The position numbers and the translations under genes are program-made. The notes beneath the pieces are model-generated. The model worked only from the letters and a program-made list of their open reading frames with translations, ran no database searches and had not been told where the DNA came from. DNA of 64,000 nucleotides from an uncultured Acidobacteriota bacterium (GTDB taxonomy: Bacteria > Acidobacteriota > Thermoanaerobaculia > Multivoradales > UBA5704), in NCBI GenBank assembly GCA_963700145.1, contig OY969474.1, forward strand, positions 5,340,928 through 5,404,927, given 5' to 3'. Below, one piece after another: positions 1 to 9,409 of this stretch. Positions within the stretch are counted from its first letter, which is position 1. Every line of letters starts with the position of its first letter.

Positions 1-904
1 CCGCAAGCAAGAGCTCCCCGAATGACGGGCAAACTGCTTCCCCTTGCGAAAGCCTTATCAACGGCCGTTCGTTGGATATGCTTCGCTCGGTGGGATACTC
101 GATGTGTGGGCCCTCTCCGCGACCAACCGAAAATCTCTGCCAAAAAATCTCAGCCGTGCTCGGGAATGCTTCCCTCAGGTCATCAAGAGAAACCTTGCCT
201 GCCGAGCTTATCTCCTTCAGTAAAGTCCTGAGCTTTGCGGAGTAGGCGGGCCGTGTCGCAGCGGCTCGGACCTCTTGCAATCCCCATCGCTGCTGTGCCG
301 CTTCAGCGAGCAGGATGGCTCGGGCCTCGCTTTCTGCTTTGACGGCATGGGTCGCATCGTCGAGGGCTTGCTGAAGTCGTTGGCCAATCCACTGGCAGAT
401 CGCTAAGGCAGAAGAACCACTGACACCGAGCTGGTCAGCTACAGCCGCATCGAATGGAACGACGTACTTCCTGATTCGTGCAACGATCTGGTCATCAGAT
501 GCAAGGAAACCAGTGCCAACGAAATGCAGGAACGCCGGCATGGCGACAGCTCGCGCCTGCCACCATTTGTCGTTGAGGTTCGCCTGCTCCTCAGGCGACG
601 GGTAGTAGAGTAGCTCGTAGGCTGAAAACGCCGTATTAAGAAGCTCTTTAGCCCGCTCCAAGTCACCTGCGCAAAAGTCTTTGGCAACGCGGGGCTCTGG
701 GGTTTCTAGTAGCAGTCCGAGCAGAAATGACCACTGCTTTGCCGGTGAGTGAAGGGTCTGAGATTCCTCAGCTTGGTTTGCGCGCTTTAGTTCGTGGACA
801 AAACATGCGCCAGCTATAGCTTCGGTGGAGACTGACGAGACCAACAGCCGAAGCTCCTCAACAGCCTTCTTGATCGTCTCGATAGAGAGTTCGCGCGGAG
901 TCAT
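1..904 (-). CDS. hypothetical protein, partial (3' end runs off the window start); absent from the supplied ORF track
   Basis: Hand translation of the minus strand from ATG 904..902 (MTPRELSIETIKKAVEELRLLVSS...) stays open to position 2. The same frame is open upstream to the vapC stop at 1016-1018, so an upstream GTG/TTG start is possible. GC is visibly lower than the backbone. No family recognised. Confidence 0.5.
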   Translation of the reverse strand, partial: MTPRELSIETIKKAVEELRLLVSSVSTEAIAGACFVHELKRANQAEESQTLHSPAKQWSFLLGLLLETPEPRVAKDFCAGDLERAKELLNTAFSAYELLYYPSPEEQANLNDKWWQARAVAMPAFLHFVGTGFLASDDQIVARIRKYVVPFDAAVADQLGVSGSSALAICQWIGQRLQQALDDATHAVKAESEARAILLAEAAQQRWGLQEVRAAATRPAYSAKLRTLLKEISSAGKVSLDDLREAFPSTAEIFWQRFSVGRGEGPHIEYPTERSISNERPLIRLSQGEAVCPSFGELLLA

Positions 905-1015
905 GTATGGCTCGGTGCTACGGATCGATGTGCGCCAGTGGGACACCGTGTGCTCCGTCCTGCACTCCAGATGCGCCCGCAACTTCGCGTAGTCGAATTT
1001 CGCCTCGGTAGTGAG

Positions 1016-1435
1016 CTACGGCTCCGTCGGATCGATGAGACGCAGCCCTTCGAAATGACCGCGGAAGAAGCCCCGGTCGCGGCTTAGGAGAGCCTCCGCT
1101 TGCAGCTGAGCGTGGGCGCCGATGAGGAAGTCTGCTACCAACCGATCCCGTTCACGCTGGCGGCGGATTGCAAGGCAGTACTGCCGCCAGTGCTCGCCCG
1201 CTAGTGCGGCGGCCTCCTGCCGCAGGGGTTCGTAGACCACGCCCAGCGTGGCAAGCGCCTCGGCGAACGCAGTCTCTTCCGGGAAGTGGGCCCGCACCTC
1301 GCCCCAGACGACGTCGCAAGCTATGAGAGCGCCTGCGTCGTAGGCGCGGCGAAGAGCTTCTCGCGACGCCAGTCCAAAGTCGGGGTCGCCCGCCAAGACA
1401 TCCAGGAGCACCGACGAATCGACCGCGGTCCTCAC
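1016..1435 (-). CDS. vapC: PIN-domain toxin VapC
   Basis: The tail of ORF 1016..1510 contains a PIN N-terminus (VDSSVLLDVLAG). A GTG at 1435 makes a GTGA 4-nt overlap with the stop of the upstream AbrB-type antitoxin, which is typical vapBC architecture. Confidence 0.8.
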   Translation of the reverse strand: MRTAVDSSVLLDVLAGDPDFGLASREALRRAYDAGALIACDVVWGEVRAHFPEETAFAEALATLGVVYEPLRQEAAALAGEHWRQYCLAIRRQRERDRLVADFLIGAHAQLQAEALLSRDRGFFRGHFEGLRLIDPTEP

Positions 1436-1668
1436 TTTTTCCTCGGCCGAGGCCCTCGCATCTCGTCGAGGATCTGGTCGACTGGGCGTGGGAGGCGGAG
1501 CGTCGCCCACACTCTGTCGACCGGGTGGTCGCCGGAGATCCCCTTGCGGAGCAGGACGCCCTCTTCCTTCAGCTCGAACTCGACCGGCGTCCCCGGAACC
1601 AGCCCCAGTTGCTCCCGGACCTCGACGGGCACCGTAACCTGACCCTTGGAGGAAATGGTGCTTCTCAT
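1432..1668 (-). CDS. vapB: AbrB/MazE/SpoVT-family antitoxin VapB
   Basis: 78 aa. The N-terminus MRSTISSKGQVTVPVEVREQLGL is the SpoVT/AbrB swapped-hairpin signature. It lies immediately upstream of and overlapping the PIN gene. Confidence 0.8.
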   Translation of the reverse strand: MRSTISSKGQVTVPVEVREQLGLVPGTPVEFELKEEGVLLRKGISGDHPVDRVWATLRLPRPVDQILDEMRGPRPRKK

Positions 1669-1716
1669 GGGTAAAGCGTACGGCGCTTTACCTCGGAGGT
1701 CAATCCGCCTATCCTG

Positions 1717-2715
1717 ATGTCAGGGGAGGTCCGAGTGATGAGCGCGGTCGTCAATTGCGTCGCCTATGCTGAGGGCCAGCGGGACAAGAGCGTCGACATC
1801 GAGGAGATCAGCGAGGTCCTCCAGCAGCCCGATCGCTTCGTCTGGGTCGGGCTCCACGAGCCGAGCGAGGAGCTGCTCCGCCAGGTCCAGAAGGAGTTCG
1901 GCCTCCACGACCTCGCGATCGAGGACGCTCACAGCGCCCATCAGCGGCCCAAGATCGAGATGTACGGCGACTCGCTCTTCATCGTGCTTCGCACCGCGCA
2001 AGTCCAGAGCGAAGGACGAGGGATCGAGTTCGGCGAAACGCACTTCTTCATGGGCTCGCGGTACCTCGTATCCATCCGCCACGGCTCGTCGTTGTCCTAT
2101 ACCGAGGTTCGCGCGCGATGCGAAGCCAAGCCGGCACTGCTCCGTAACGGACCGGCGTTCGCGCTCTACGCGCTGATGGATTCCATCGTCGACCAATACT
2201 TCCTGATCGTCGATGCGCTCGAGCAGCAGCTGCAAGCGCTCGAAGAGAAGATCTTCAGCGAGTCGTTTAGTCGCGAGACCACGGCGGACATCTACAACCT
2301 CAAACGCGAGCTGCTCGAAGTCAAGCGCTCCGTCTCGCCGCTCATCGACATCTGCAATCGTTTGATGCGCTTCGATCTCGAGCTGATCCCCGAGGGCACC
2401 CGGCCGTACTTCCGGGACGTCTACGACCACGCCGTCCGGATCAACGAGATGGTGGACATCCTGCGCGAGCTGCTGACGACGGCGCTGGAAGCGAATTTCT
2501 CGCTCATCTCCATCTCGCAGAACGAGGTGACGAAGAGGTTCGCCGGATGGGCCGCGATCATCGCGGTGCCGACCATGATCGCCGGCATTTACGGGATGAA
2601 CTTCCGGAGCATGCCGGAGTTGAGCTGGCAGTACGGCTACCCGGTGGTCCTCTCCTTGACCATCGGGTCGTGCGTCCTCCTGTACGCGCACTTCAAGCGC
2701 TCGGGCTGGCTCTGA
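1717..2715 (+). CDS. corA: magnesium/cobalt transporter CorA
   Basis: 332 aa with the YGMNF signature (IAGIYGMNFRSMPEL) followed by a final TM helix and a typical CorA cytoplasmic N-domain. An alternative ATG start lies at 1738. Confidence 0.9.
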   Translation: MSGEVRVMSAVVNCVAYAEGQRDKSVDIEEISEVLQQPDRFVWVGLHEPSEELLRQVQKEFGLHDLAIEDAHSAHQRPKIEMYGDSLFIVLRTAQVQSEGRGIEFGETHFFMGSRYLVSIRHGSSLSYTEVRARCEAKPALLRNGPAFALYALMDSIVDQYFLIVDALEQQLQALEEKIFSESFSRETTADIYNLKRELLEVKRSVSPLIDICNRLMRFDLELIPEGTRPYFRDVYDHAVRINEMVDILRELLTTALEANFSLISISQNEVTKRFAGWAAIIAVPTMIAGIYGMNFRSMPELSWQYGYPVVLSLTIGSCVLLYAHFKRSGWL

Positions 2716-2786
2716 CCTTCCGGGCTGACCAGCGGCGCCTCGGCCTCGTGGGCTGTACTACGATGTGGCATAGAGGGTATGGGGCG

Positions 2787-3005
2787 ATGCGGGAGAGCAT
2801 CTCGATCAGCCTGCCTGACGGCGTCAAGACCGAGCTCGATCGCTTCATCGAGCGGCGTGGGATCACGCGCAGCGAAGCGGTGCGCGAGGCAGTCACGGAC
2901 TACCTGTTCATGCAGAGACTGCGCGACCTGCGGGGGCAATTGATGCCCAGCGCGGCAGCTCAGGGAGTCTGCACCGACGAGGACGTCTTCCGCCTCGTCT
3001 CGTGA
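2787..3005 (+). CDS. ribbon-helix-helix (CopG-family) antitoxin
   Basis: Internal ATG of ORF 2547..3005 preceded by a GAGGG. MRESISISLPDGVKTELDRFIERRGITRSEAVREAV is an RHH signature. The stop overlaps a GTG that opens a PIN-like stump. Confidence 0.7.
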   Translation: MRESISISLPDGVKTELDRFIERRGITRSEAVREAVTDYLFMQRLRDLRGQLMPSAAAQGVCTDEDVFRLVS

Positions 3006-3109
3006 GGCTCGTCCTCGACACCACGTCCCTGATCGCGGCGTTTTGGCGACTCGAAGCCGTCGTCGAGCATGGCGCCGAGAGCAACCCCGAGAGCGCACAG
3101 CCCGAATGA
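3002..3109 (+). pseudogene. truncated PIN (VapC-like) toxin stump, 35 codons
   Basis: GTG 3002 makes a GTGA overlap with the RHH stop. Translation VRLVLDTTSLIAAFWRLEAVVEHGAESNPESAQPE* has only the first PIN strand and Asp (LVLDT). Its TGA overlaps the DUF72 ATG as ATGA. Confidence 0.5.
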
Positions 3110-3846
3110 AGGAGACCGCCATGGACCTCTGGGCCGGCACCAGCGGCTTCGCCTACGACGAGTGGAAGGGCGGGTTCTATCCGGAGGACCTGCCGGCGGC
3201 GGCGCGGCTGGGGTTCTACGCCGAGCGCCTGCCGGCGGTCGAGATCAACAACACCTTTTACCGGCTGCCGAAGGCGAGCGTCCTCCAGGGGTGGGCGGAG
3301 CAGGTGCCGGCGCGGTTCCGGTTCGCGCTCAAGGCGTCGCAGAAGATCACCCACTTCCGCCGGCTGGCCGGGGCCGAGGACGAGACCTCCTACCTCTTCC
3401 GCACCGTCGGCGTCCTCGGCGCGCGCCTGGGCCCGGTGCTCTTCGGCCTGCCGCCCAACCTGAAGTTGGACCTGCCGCGCCTGGAGGCCTTCCTCGACTT
3501 CCTGGCCCGCGAGGCCGTCTCGGCGCCGGTCGCCTTCGAGTTCCGCAACCCGACCTGGCACGACGAGTCCGTCTACGAAGCGCTCCGCGCCCGCGGCTGC
3601 GCCCTCTGCCAAGCCGACACCGACGAGGAGCCGCTCGCCGCGCTCGTGCCGACCGCGCCCTTCGGCTACCTCCGCCTGCGTCGCGCCGAGTACGGCGAGG
3701 AGGACCTCGCGCGCTGGGCCGCGACGCTCCACGCGCAGCCCTGGCGGGAGGTCTACGTCTTCTTCAAGCACGAGGACGCCACCGGCCCGCTCACCGCCCG
3801 GCGCTTCGGCGAGCTGTTCGCGGCGGCAGCGCCGGCCGGGGCTTAG
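3106..3846 (+). CDS. DUF72 (YecE-like) family protein
   Basis: LWAGTSGFAYDEWKGGFYPEDLP...FYAERLPAVEINNTFYRLP is the DUF72 signature. The ATG at 3106 is preferred over the ORF-track start at 3043; a further ATG lies at 3121. Confidence 0.85.
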   Translation: MKETAMDLWAGTSGFAYDEWKGGFYPEDLPAAARLGFYAERLPAVEINNTFYRLPKASVLQGWAEQVPARFRFALKASQKITHFRRLAGAEDETSYLFRTVGVLGARLGPVLFGLPPNLKLDLPRLEAFLDFLAREAVSAPVAFEFRNPTWHDESVYEALRARGCALCQADTDEEPLAALVPTAPFGYLRLRRAEYGEEDLARWAATLHAQPWREVYVFFKHEDATGPLTARRFGELFAAAAPAGA

Positions 3847-3874
3847 CCCGCAAGCTATACTCGGCGCAGCCGTT

Positions 3875-5230
3875 ATGCGCCGCTTCGCGCCCTCCGCGCC
3901 CCACCGCCGACCGCGGCCGATCCGGCTCGCCGCGGCCCTGCTGCTGGCGGCCGGCGGCGCGCTCCTCGCCGCCCCGCCGGAGGGGCCGCGCCCCGCGACG
4001 GGCGCCCGCCCGGAGGTGCTCCACCTCCGCGTCCGCTCGATCATCCACCCGATCGCCGCCGAGTACGTGCGCGACGGGCTGGCGGAGGCCGACGCTGCCG
4101 GCGCCGCGGCGGTGGTCCTGGAGCTCGACACGCCCGGCGGCCTCCTCACCTCGACGCGCGAGATCTTCACCGCCATGCTCGGGGCCAAGACGCCGGTCGT
4201 CGTCTGGGTGGGTCCGAGCGGCGCGCAGGCCGCGTCGGCCGGCTTCTTCATCCTGATGGCGGCCGACGTCGCCGCCATGGCCCCCGGCACCAACACCGGC
4301 GCCGCCCATCCGGTCGGGGGCCAGGGCGAGGACATCCCCGGCGTCCTCGGCGCCAAGGCGGAGCAGGACGCGGCGGCCACCATCCGCTCGCTCGCCGCCC
4401 GCCACGGCCGCAATCCCAAGCTGGCCGAGGAGGCCGTGGTCAAGAGCCGCTCCTTTACCGCCCGCGAGGCGCTGGAAGCGAAGCTCGTCGAGTTCGTGGC
4501 GCCGAGCCTGCCGCGTCTCCTCGCCGCGGTGGACGGCCGCGAAGTGGTGCGCGGCGAGCGCCGCGTCCGCCTCGCCACCGCCGGCGCCCCCGTGCGCGCC
4601 CTCGAGATGTCGACCTTCGAGCGGGTCCTGTCGGCGATCGCCCACCCCAACATCGCCTACCTGCTGCTGACCTTCGGCGCGCTCGGGCTCTACTTCGAGC
4701 TGATGCACCCGGGGGCGGTGCTGCCGGGGGTGGTCGGCGGGATCGCCCTCCTCCTCGCCTTCTTCGCCCTCTCGGTCCTGCCGGTCGACTACGCCGGGCT
4801 CGGCCTCCTGCTCCTCGCCCTGATCCTCTTCATCGCCGAGATCAAGGTGACGAGCTACGGCCTGCTGACGGTGGCCGGGCTGATCTCGCTGGTCCTGGGG
4901 TCGCTGATGCTCTTCGACAGCCCGGAGCCGGCGCTGCGGGTGAGCCGGCAGGTGATCGCGGCGCTCGCCGTCACCGCGGCGCTGGTCGTGGGGTTCCTGA
5001 CGGCGATGGTGCTGCGCGTCCACCGCATGCGAGTGCGGACGGGGGCCGAAGGATTGGTGCACGAGCAAGGCACGGCGCGCTCGCCGCTGGCGCCGCGCGG
5101 CAAGGTCTTCGTGCACGGCGAGATCTGGGAGGCGGTGGCCGAGGAGCCGGTGGCGGCGGGGGAGCCGGTCGAGGTGCTGGGAATCGAAGGGCTGACGCTC
5201 AAGGTGCGCCGCGCGCCCGCGGCCGCCTAG
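3875..5230 (+). CDS. NfeD-family membrane-bound ClpP-class serine protease
   Basis: 451 aa: signal/TM, a ClpP-like domain (LELDTPGGLL...AASAGFFILMAADVAAMAPGT), multiple TM helices and a C-terminal OB-like NfeD domain. It sits directly upstream of an SPFH/stomatin gene, the classic pairing. Confidence 0.85.
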   Translation: MRRFAPSAPHRRPRPIRLAAALLLAAGGALLAAPPEGPRPATGARPEVLHLRVRSIIHPIAAEYVRDGLAEADAAGAAAVVLELDTPGGLLTSTREIFTAMLGAKTPVVVWVGPSGAQAASAGFFILMAADVAAMAPGTNTGAAHPVGGQGEDIPGVLGAKAEQDAAATIRSLAARHGRNPKLAEEAVVKSRSFTAREALEAKLVEFVAPSLPRLLAAVDGREVVRGERRVRLATAGAPVRALEMSTFERVLSAIAHPNIAYLLLTFGALGLYFELMHPGAVLPGVVGGIALLLAFFALSVLPVDYAGLGLLLLALILFIAEIKVTSYGLLTVAGLISLVLGSLMLFDSPEPALRVSRQVIAALAVTAALVVGFLTAMVLRVHRMRVRTGAEGLVHEQGTARSPLAPRGKVFVHGEIWEAVAEEPVAAGEPVEVLGIEGLTLKVRRAPAAA

Positions 5231-5245
5231 GAGCGAGGAGAGATC

Positions 5246-6007
5246 ATGGACCTGCTGCCGATCGCGGTCGTCGTTTTCATCGTCTTGGTCCTGCTGCTCA
5301 AGTGGATCAACGTCCTCAACGAGTACGAGCGGGCGGTGACCTTCTGGCTGGGCCGTCTCGCCGACCGGCCGAAGGGGCCGGGGCTGGTGCTCATCTTCTG
5401 GCCGTTCGAGAAGATGATCCGCATCCCGCTGCGCACGGTGGTGCTCGACGTGCCGTCGCAGGACATCATCACCCGCGACAACGTGTCGGTGAAGGTCAAC
5501 GCGGTGGTCTACTTCCGCGTCGTCGATCCGGCGAGGGCGGTGGTCGAGGTCGAGAACTACCTCTACGCCACGAGCCAGCTCGCCCAGACGACGCTGCGCT
5601 CGGTCCTCGGCCAGGCCGAGCTCGACGAGCTGCTCTCCGAGCGCGAGAAGCTCAACGATCGCCTGCAGGAGATCATCGACCACCAGACCGACCCCTGGGG
5701 GATCAAGGTGTCGATGGTCGAGCTCAAGCACGTCGACCTGCCGCAGGAGATGCAGCGGGCGATGGCGCGGCAGGCTGAGGCCGAGCGGGAGAAGCGCGGC
5801 AAGATCATCCACGCCCAGGGGGAGCTCGAGGCCTCGAAGGCGCTGGCTGAGGCGGCGGTCATCATCGCCGCCAACCCCGTCACCCTCCAGCTGCGCTACC
5901 TCCAGACGCTGACCGAGGTCGCCACCGAGAAGAACTCGACGATCATTTTCCCGCTGCCCATCGACCTGATCCGGGCCTTCCTCCCCTCGCCCGACGCACG
6001 GACCTGA
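5246..6007 (+). CDS. SPFH/band-7 (stomatin-like) protein
   Basis: 253 aa with an N-terminal TM and an SPFH core ([30 protein letters not shown]...[17 protein letters not shown]). Operon partner of NfeD. Confidence 0.9.
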   Translation: MDLLPIAVVVFIVLVLLLKWINVLNEYERAVTFWLGRLADRPKGPGLVLIFWPFEKMIRIPLRTVVLDVPSQDIITRDNVSVKVNAVVYFRVVDPARAVVEVENYLYATSQLAQTTLRSVLGQAELDELLSEREKLNDRLQEIIDHQTDPWGIKVSMVELKHVDLPQEMQRAMARQAEAEREKRGKIIHAQGELEASKALAEAAVIIAANPVTLQLRYLQTLTEVATEKNSTIIFPLPIDLIRAFLPSPDART

Positions 6008-6020
6008 ACCGGAGCGCGAC

Positions 6021-6701
6021 GTGACCGAGCCGCACCACGAGCCGAGCTACTACGAGATCGCCCTCACGAACCGGCAGGTGGTGGTCGCCTTCGCGATCCT
6101 CCTGGTCTGCCTGCTCGCCGCCTTCCTCTCCGGCGTCTGGGTCGGGCGGGAGGGCGTGGGGTCCGGCGACGAGGAGCCGCAGGTCGCGGCGCGGACCGCG
6201 CCGCAGCCGGGAGCGGCGCTCGACGAGTTCGAGTTCTTCGAGGAGGGGGAGGAGGGAAGCGCGCCGGCCGCCCCGCCGCAGACCGAGGTGGGCGCGCCGC
6301 AGCCGCAGGGCCCGACGACGCTGCGCGAGGACCTCGAGGAGCCGGCTCCGGACGACGAGCCCGGTGCCGGCGAGCCCGCGGACGAGGGTGAGGCGGAGGG
6401 CGAGGAGGAGCCGGCCGCCCCCGCACCGGAGCCTCGTCCACAGCCGCCGGCCGAGCCGGCGCGCGCCCCCGCCGGCACCGCCGTCATCCAGGTCTTCTCC
6501 TCGGCCGAGCAGAGCCAGGCCAGCGACATCCGCGACCGCCTCACCGCCGCCGGCTACAAGGCCTACCTCTCGCCGGTCGACGTCGGCGGCCGCACCATGT
6601 ACCGCGTGCGCATCGGCCCCTTCACCTCCCGCGCCAAGGCGCAGGAGGTCGCCGAGCGGGTGCGGAAGTCCCACCGCCTGGATACGTGGGTCACCGAGTA
6701 G
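6021..6701 (+). CDS. SPOR domain-containing membrane protein
   Basis: GTG start, one TM, an acidic/Pro-rich linker, and a C-terminal SPOR signature (VIQVFSSAEQSQASDIRDRL...YRVRIGPFTSRAKAQEV). Confidence 0.8.
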   Translation: MTEPHHEPSYYEIALTNRQVVVAFAILLVCLLAAFLSGVWVGREGVGSGDEEPQVAARTAPQPGAALDEFEFFEEGEEGSAPAAPPQTEVGAPQPQGPTTLREDLEEPAPDDEPGAGEPADEGEAEGEEEPAAPAPEPRPQPPAEPARAPAGTAVIQVFSSAEQSQASDIRDRLTAAGYKAYLSPVDVGGRTMYRVRIGPFTSRAKAQEVAERVRKSHRLDTWVTE

Positions 6702-8212
6702 GGGCCCTCCTCGTCGCCGCCCTGGGCGGCGCGGTCTGGGGGCTGTGCTTCGGGCGCGAGACGCTGCCGCTCGCCTCGTGGGCGGCGCTGGCGCCGCTGG
6801 TGCTGCTCCTCGGGCACCGCCGCGCGCCGCTCCTCGGCTGGCTGCACGGCACCGTCTTCTGGGCGGTCTCGATCTCCTGGATCGCGCCGACCCTCGAGAC
6901 CTACGGCGGCCTGCCGCGGCCGCTGGCGATTGTCTTGACCGCCGCGCTCTGCCTCTTCCTCGGGCTCTACCACCTCGTCTTCGCCTGGCTCGGGCGGTCG
7001 TTCTGGCGGCGCGGCGGCGCGCTGCCGCTCGTCGCGCTGCCAGCGCTCTGGGTGACGCTGGAGTGGCTCCGCACCTACGCCGTCTCGGGCTTCCCCTGGA
7101 ACCTAGCCGGCTACGCCTGGATCGACGTCCCCGGCGTCCTGCCGCTCGCCGCCTGGGTCGGCGTCTTCGGCATCTCCTACCTCCTGGTGCTGGCGAACAC
7201 CGGCATCGCGGCCGCGGTGGCGCGCCGGCGCTGGACCGCCGCGGCGGTCCCCGTCCTCCTGCCGCTCCTGCTGCTGCCCGTCGCCGGCCGCTGGAGTCGG
7301 AGCTGGAGTGCCGACGCCGCCGATGCCTCCCCCTTCGCCGCTGCCGGCGAGACCGGGCGGCCCTTCCGCCTCCTGCAGCCGAACATCGCGAACCTCGTCG
7401 CCTTCGAGCGCGCCGCGGTCGAGCGGAACTACCGCAAGGTGCTCGCCCTCTCCTCCGCCGCCTGCGACCCTGGGAGCCTCCTCGTCTGGCCGGAGAGCGC
7501 CGCCTGGCCGTTCAGCTACGCGCGCGACCCGCTCCTCGCCCGCGACCTCGCGGCGCTGGCGCGGCGCGGTTGCACGGTCCTCTTCAACTCGGTCCACGAG
7601 GAGGGGGAGAGCTACTACAACTCGGCCTTCCTGGTCGCCGAGGGGCGGCCCGTGGTGCGCTACGACAAGCGGCACCTCGTCCCGTTCGGCGAGTACGTGC
7701 CGCTGCAAGGGGTCTTTACTTTCATGGACTCGCTGGCGCGCAACGCCGGCGACTTCCGCGCCGCCGAGCGGCTGGTCCTCCTGCCCTGGGAGGACGAGCT
7801 GCTCGGGGTGGCGATCTGCTTCGAGGTGATCTTCCCGGCCGAGGTGGCCGAGCTGGCGCGCGCCGGGGCGACGATCCTCGTCACCGTCACCAACGACGCC
7901 TGGTACGGCGACACCTTCGCCCCCTGGCAGCACTTCCGGATGGCCCGCTTCCGCGCCGCCGAGACCCGCCGCCCGCTGCTGCGCGCCGCGATCACCGGCG
8001 TCTCGGCCGTCATCGCCCCCGACGGCTCGGTCCGCGCCCAGCTCGGCGTCTTCGAGGAGGGCGTCATCCGCGGCACCGTCGCCGGCCGCCGCGGCGTCAC
8101 GCCGTTCGCCCGCCGGCCCTGGCTCGTGCCGGCGGCGTCCACGCTGCTCGCCGCCCTCGCGATCGTCTGGGCACGCCGCTCCCCAGCGCGGCCGCGCGCG
8201 CCGAAGTCCTAG
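6686..8212 (+). CDS. lnt: apolipoprotein N-acyltransferase
   Basis: 508 aa with multiple N-terminal TM helices and a CN-hydrolase domain (LLVWPESA, GVAICFEVIFP, VTVTNDAWYGDT). Confidence 0.9.
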   Translation: MGHRVGALLVAALGGAVWGLCFGRETLPLASWAALAPLVLLLGHRRAPLLGWLHGTVFWAVSISWIAPTLETYGGLPRPLAIVLTAALCLFLGLYHLVFAWLGRSFWRRGGALPLVALPALWVTLEWLRTYAVSGFPWNLAGYAWIDVPGVLPLAAWVGVFGISYLLVLANTGIAAAVARRRWTAAAVPVLLPLLLLPVAGRWSRSWSADAADASPFAAAGETGRPFRLLQPNIANLVAFERAAVERNYRKVLALSSAACDPGSLLVWPESAAWPFSYARDPLLARDLAALARRGCTVLFNSVHEEGESYYNSAFLVAEGRPVVRYDKRHLVPFGEYVPLQGVFTFMDSLARNAGDFRAAERLVLLPWEDELLGVAICFEVIFPAEVAELARAGATILVTVTNDAWYGDTFAPWQHFRMARFRAAETRRPLLRAAITGVSAVIAPDGSVRAQLGVFEEGVIRGTVAGRRGVTPFARRPWLVPAASTLLAALAIVWARRSPARPRAPKS

Positions 8213-8221
8213 CGGACGGCC

Positions 8222-9109
8222 ATGCTCTGGCTCGGCGAAGAACGCGGCTACCTGTCGGACTGGGTCACGCAGGGCTGGGTGAAGCTCACCGGCCGGCGTG
8301 TCGACCTGTCGCGAGAGGACTGGCTGAGCGGCCCCAGCGGTCCGACGCGCGGGATCGGCGACTCCTTCTTCCAAGAGCTCGCTGCGCGCTCGGGCTGCAA
8401 TGTGCAACCCTCCTCACCGCACGCCGGCCTGCTCGCTTCGACCGCGGAGCTGGCCGGGCCGGACTTCGCGGCCGGGCAGGTCGCGCCGAGCGTGGCGCAC
8501 TTCTACGAGCGCACCGGCGCGTACGAGCTCGACGCATGGTCGCAGTGGTGCGGGGTGTTCCGCCCGTTCGGCCGCCTGCTCGCCGCCCTCTTCAGCCGCC
8601 GGCTGCAGCAGCTCAACGTCCCCCTCTCGCCGCTGGACACGAGCCGCGGCATGACCAGCGAGGTGCTGCGCCTGACGGACCGCGAGACCGGCGCCGTCCG
8701 CTACACCGCGTGGGTGCGGAAGCTGCTCGGGAGCGGCGACCTGCTCTACGCCGGCACCTACGACCCCTGCCGGGTACCCTGCTTCCCGGGCACCTGCCTG
8801 AAAGTGGCGTTCCCGCTGCCGAACGGGCGCGCGCTCGTCATCATGCGTCCCGAATCGGACGCCGACGGCTCGCTGACGCTGGTCTCGGCCGGCAAGCGGT
8901 GGGGCGATCCCGGCTTCTACTTCGTCGTCGAAGACCGCCGCGGGCGTGCGTGGGCCCGCGCCGTGCGCTCGCTGCGCGAGAGCATCCGCGTCTACCCCGC
9001 CGGCGAGGAGGTCCGGGCCGACCACGTCCTGACGTTGTGGGGCGCCACCTTCCTCCGCCTCCACTACCGGCTCCGACCGGTCGCGGCCTCCTCCGAGTCA
9101 CGGCGCTAA
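8222..9109 (+). CDS. hypothetical protein
   Basis: 295-aa ORF with backbone-like composition and balanced amino-acid usage, unlike the overlapping Arg/Pro-rich frames. No family confidently recognised. Confidence 0.55.
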   Translation: MLWLGEERGYLSDWVTQGWVKLTGRRVDLSREDWLSGPSGPTRGIGDSFFQELAARSGCNVQPSSPHAGLLASTAELAGPDFAAGQVAPSVAHFYERTGAYELDAWSQWCGVFRPFGRLLAALFSRRLQQLNVPLSPLDTSRGMTSEVLRLTDRETGAVRYTAWVRKLLGSGDLLYAGTYDPCRVPCFPGTCLKVAFPLPNGRALVIMRPESDADGSLTLVSAGKRWGDPGFYFVVEDRRGRAWARAVRSLRESIRVYPAGEEVRADHVLTLWGATFLRLHYRLRPVAASSESRR

Positions 9110-9146
9110 GATTCATTCGACAGCAGATGAGAGGAGACGAGACAGC

Positions 9147-9398
9147 ATGAAAACCTGGCGAGCGCTCCTGCTATCCGCCGCATGCCTCCTGGTCACCGCC
9201 TGCACGAACCACACGAGCCACACGGACCCCAGGCCCGCCGACTGTCCGCCGCCGCGGCAGTCCGACGAGGTCTGCCCTCAGGTCGTCGTCTGGGCCAAGG
9301 ATCCGCAAACCGGAACCTGCTGCCAGTACGGGACGCCGTGCAACGCGCCGGAAGGCTGGGAGACCTACTACTCGGAGGCCGAATGCCGGGCGGACTAG
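9147..9398 (+). CDS. small Cys-rich lipoprotein
   Basis: 83 aa. Signal peptide with lipobox (LLVTAC), then 8 further Cys in the mature part. Confidence 0.55.
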   Translation: MKTWRALLLSAACLLVTACTNHTSHTDPRPADCPPPRQSDEVCPQVVVWAKDPQTGTCCQYGTPCNAPEGWETYYSEAECRAD

Positions 9399-9409
9399 AA
9401 TCCCCGCCC

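Noticed and set aside
8222-9109. Assigning the 295-aa protein to DUF4166.
   Set aside because: This rests only on a vague recollection of similarity and I could not point to a diagnostic motif. It is left as hypothetical.
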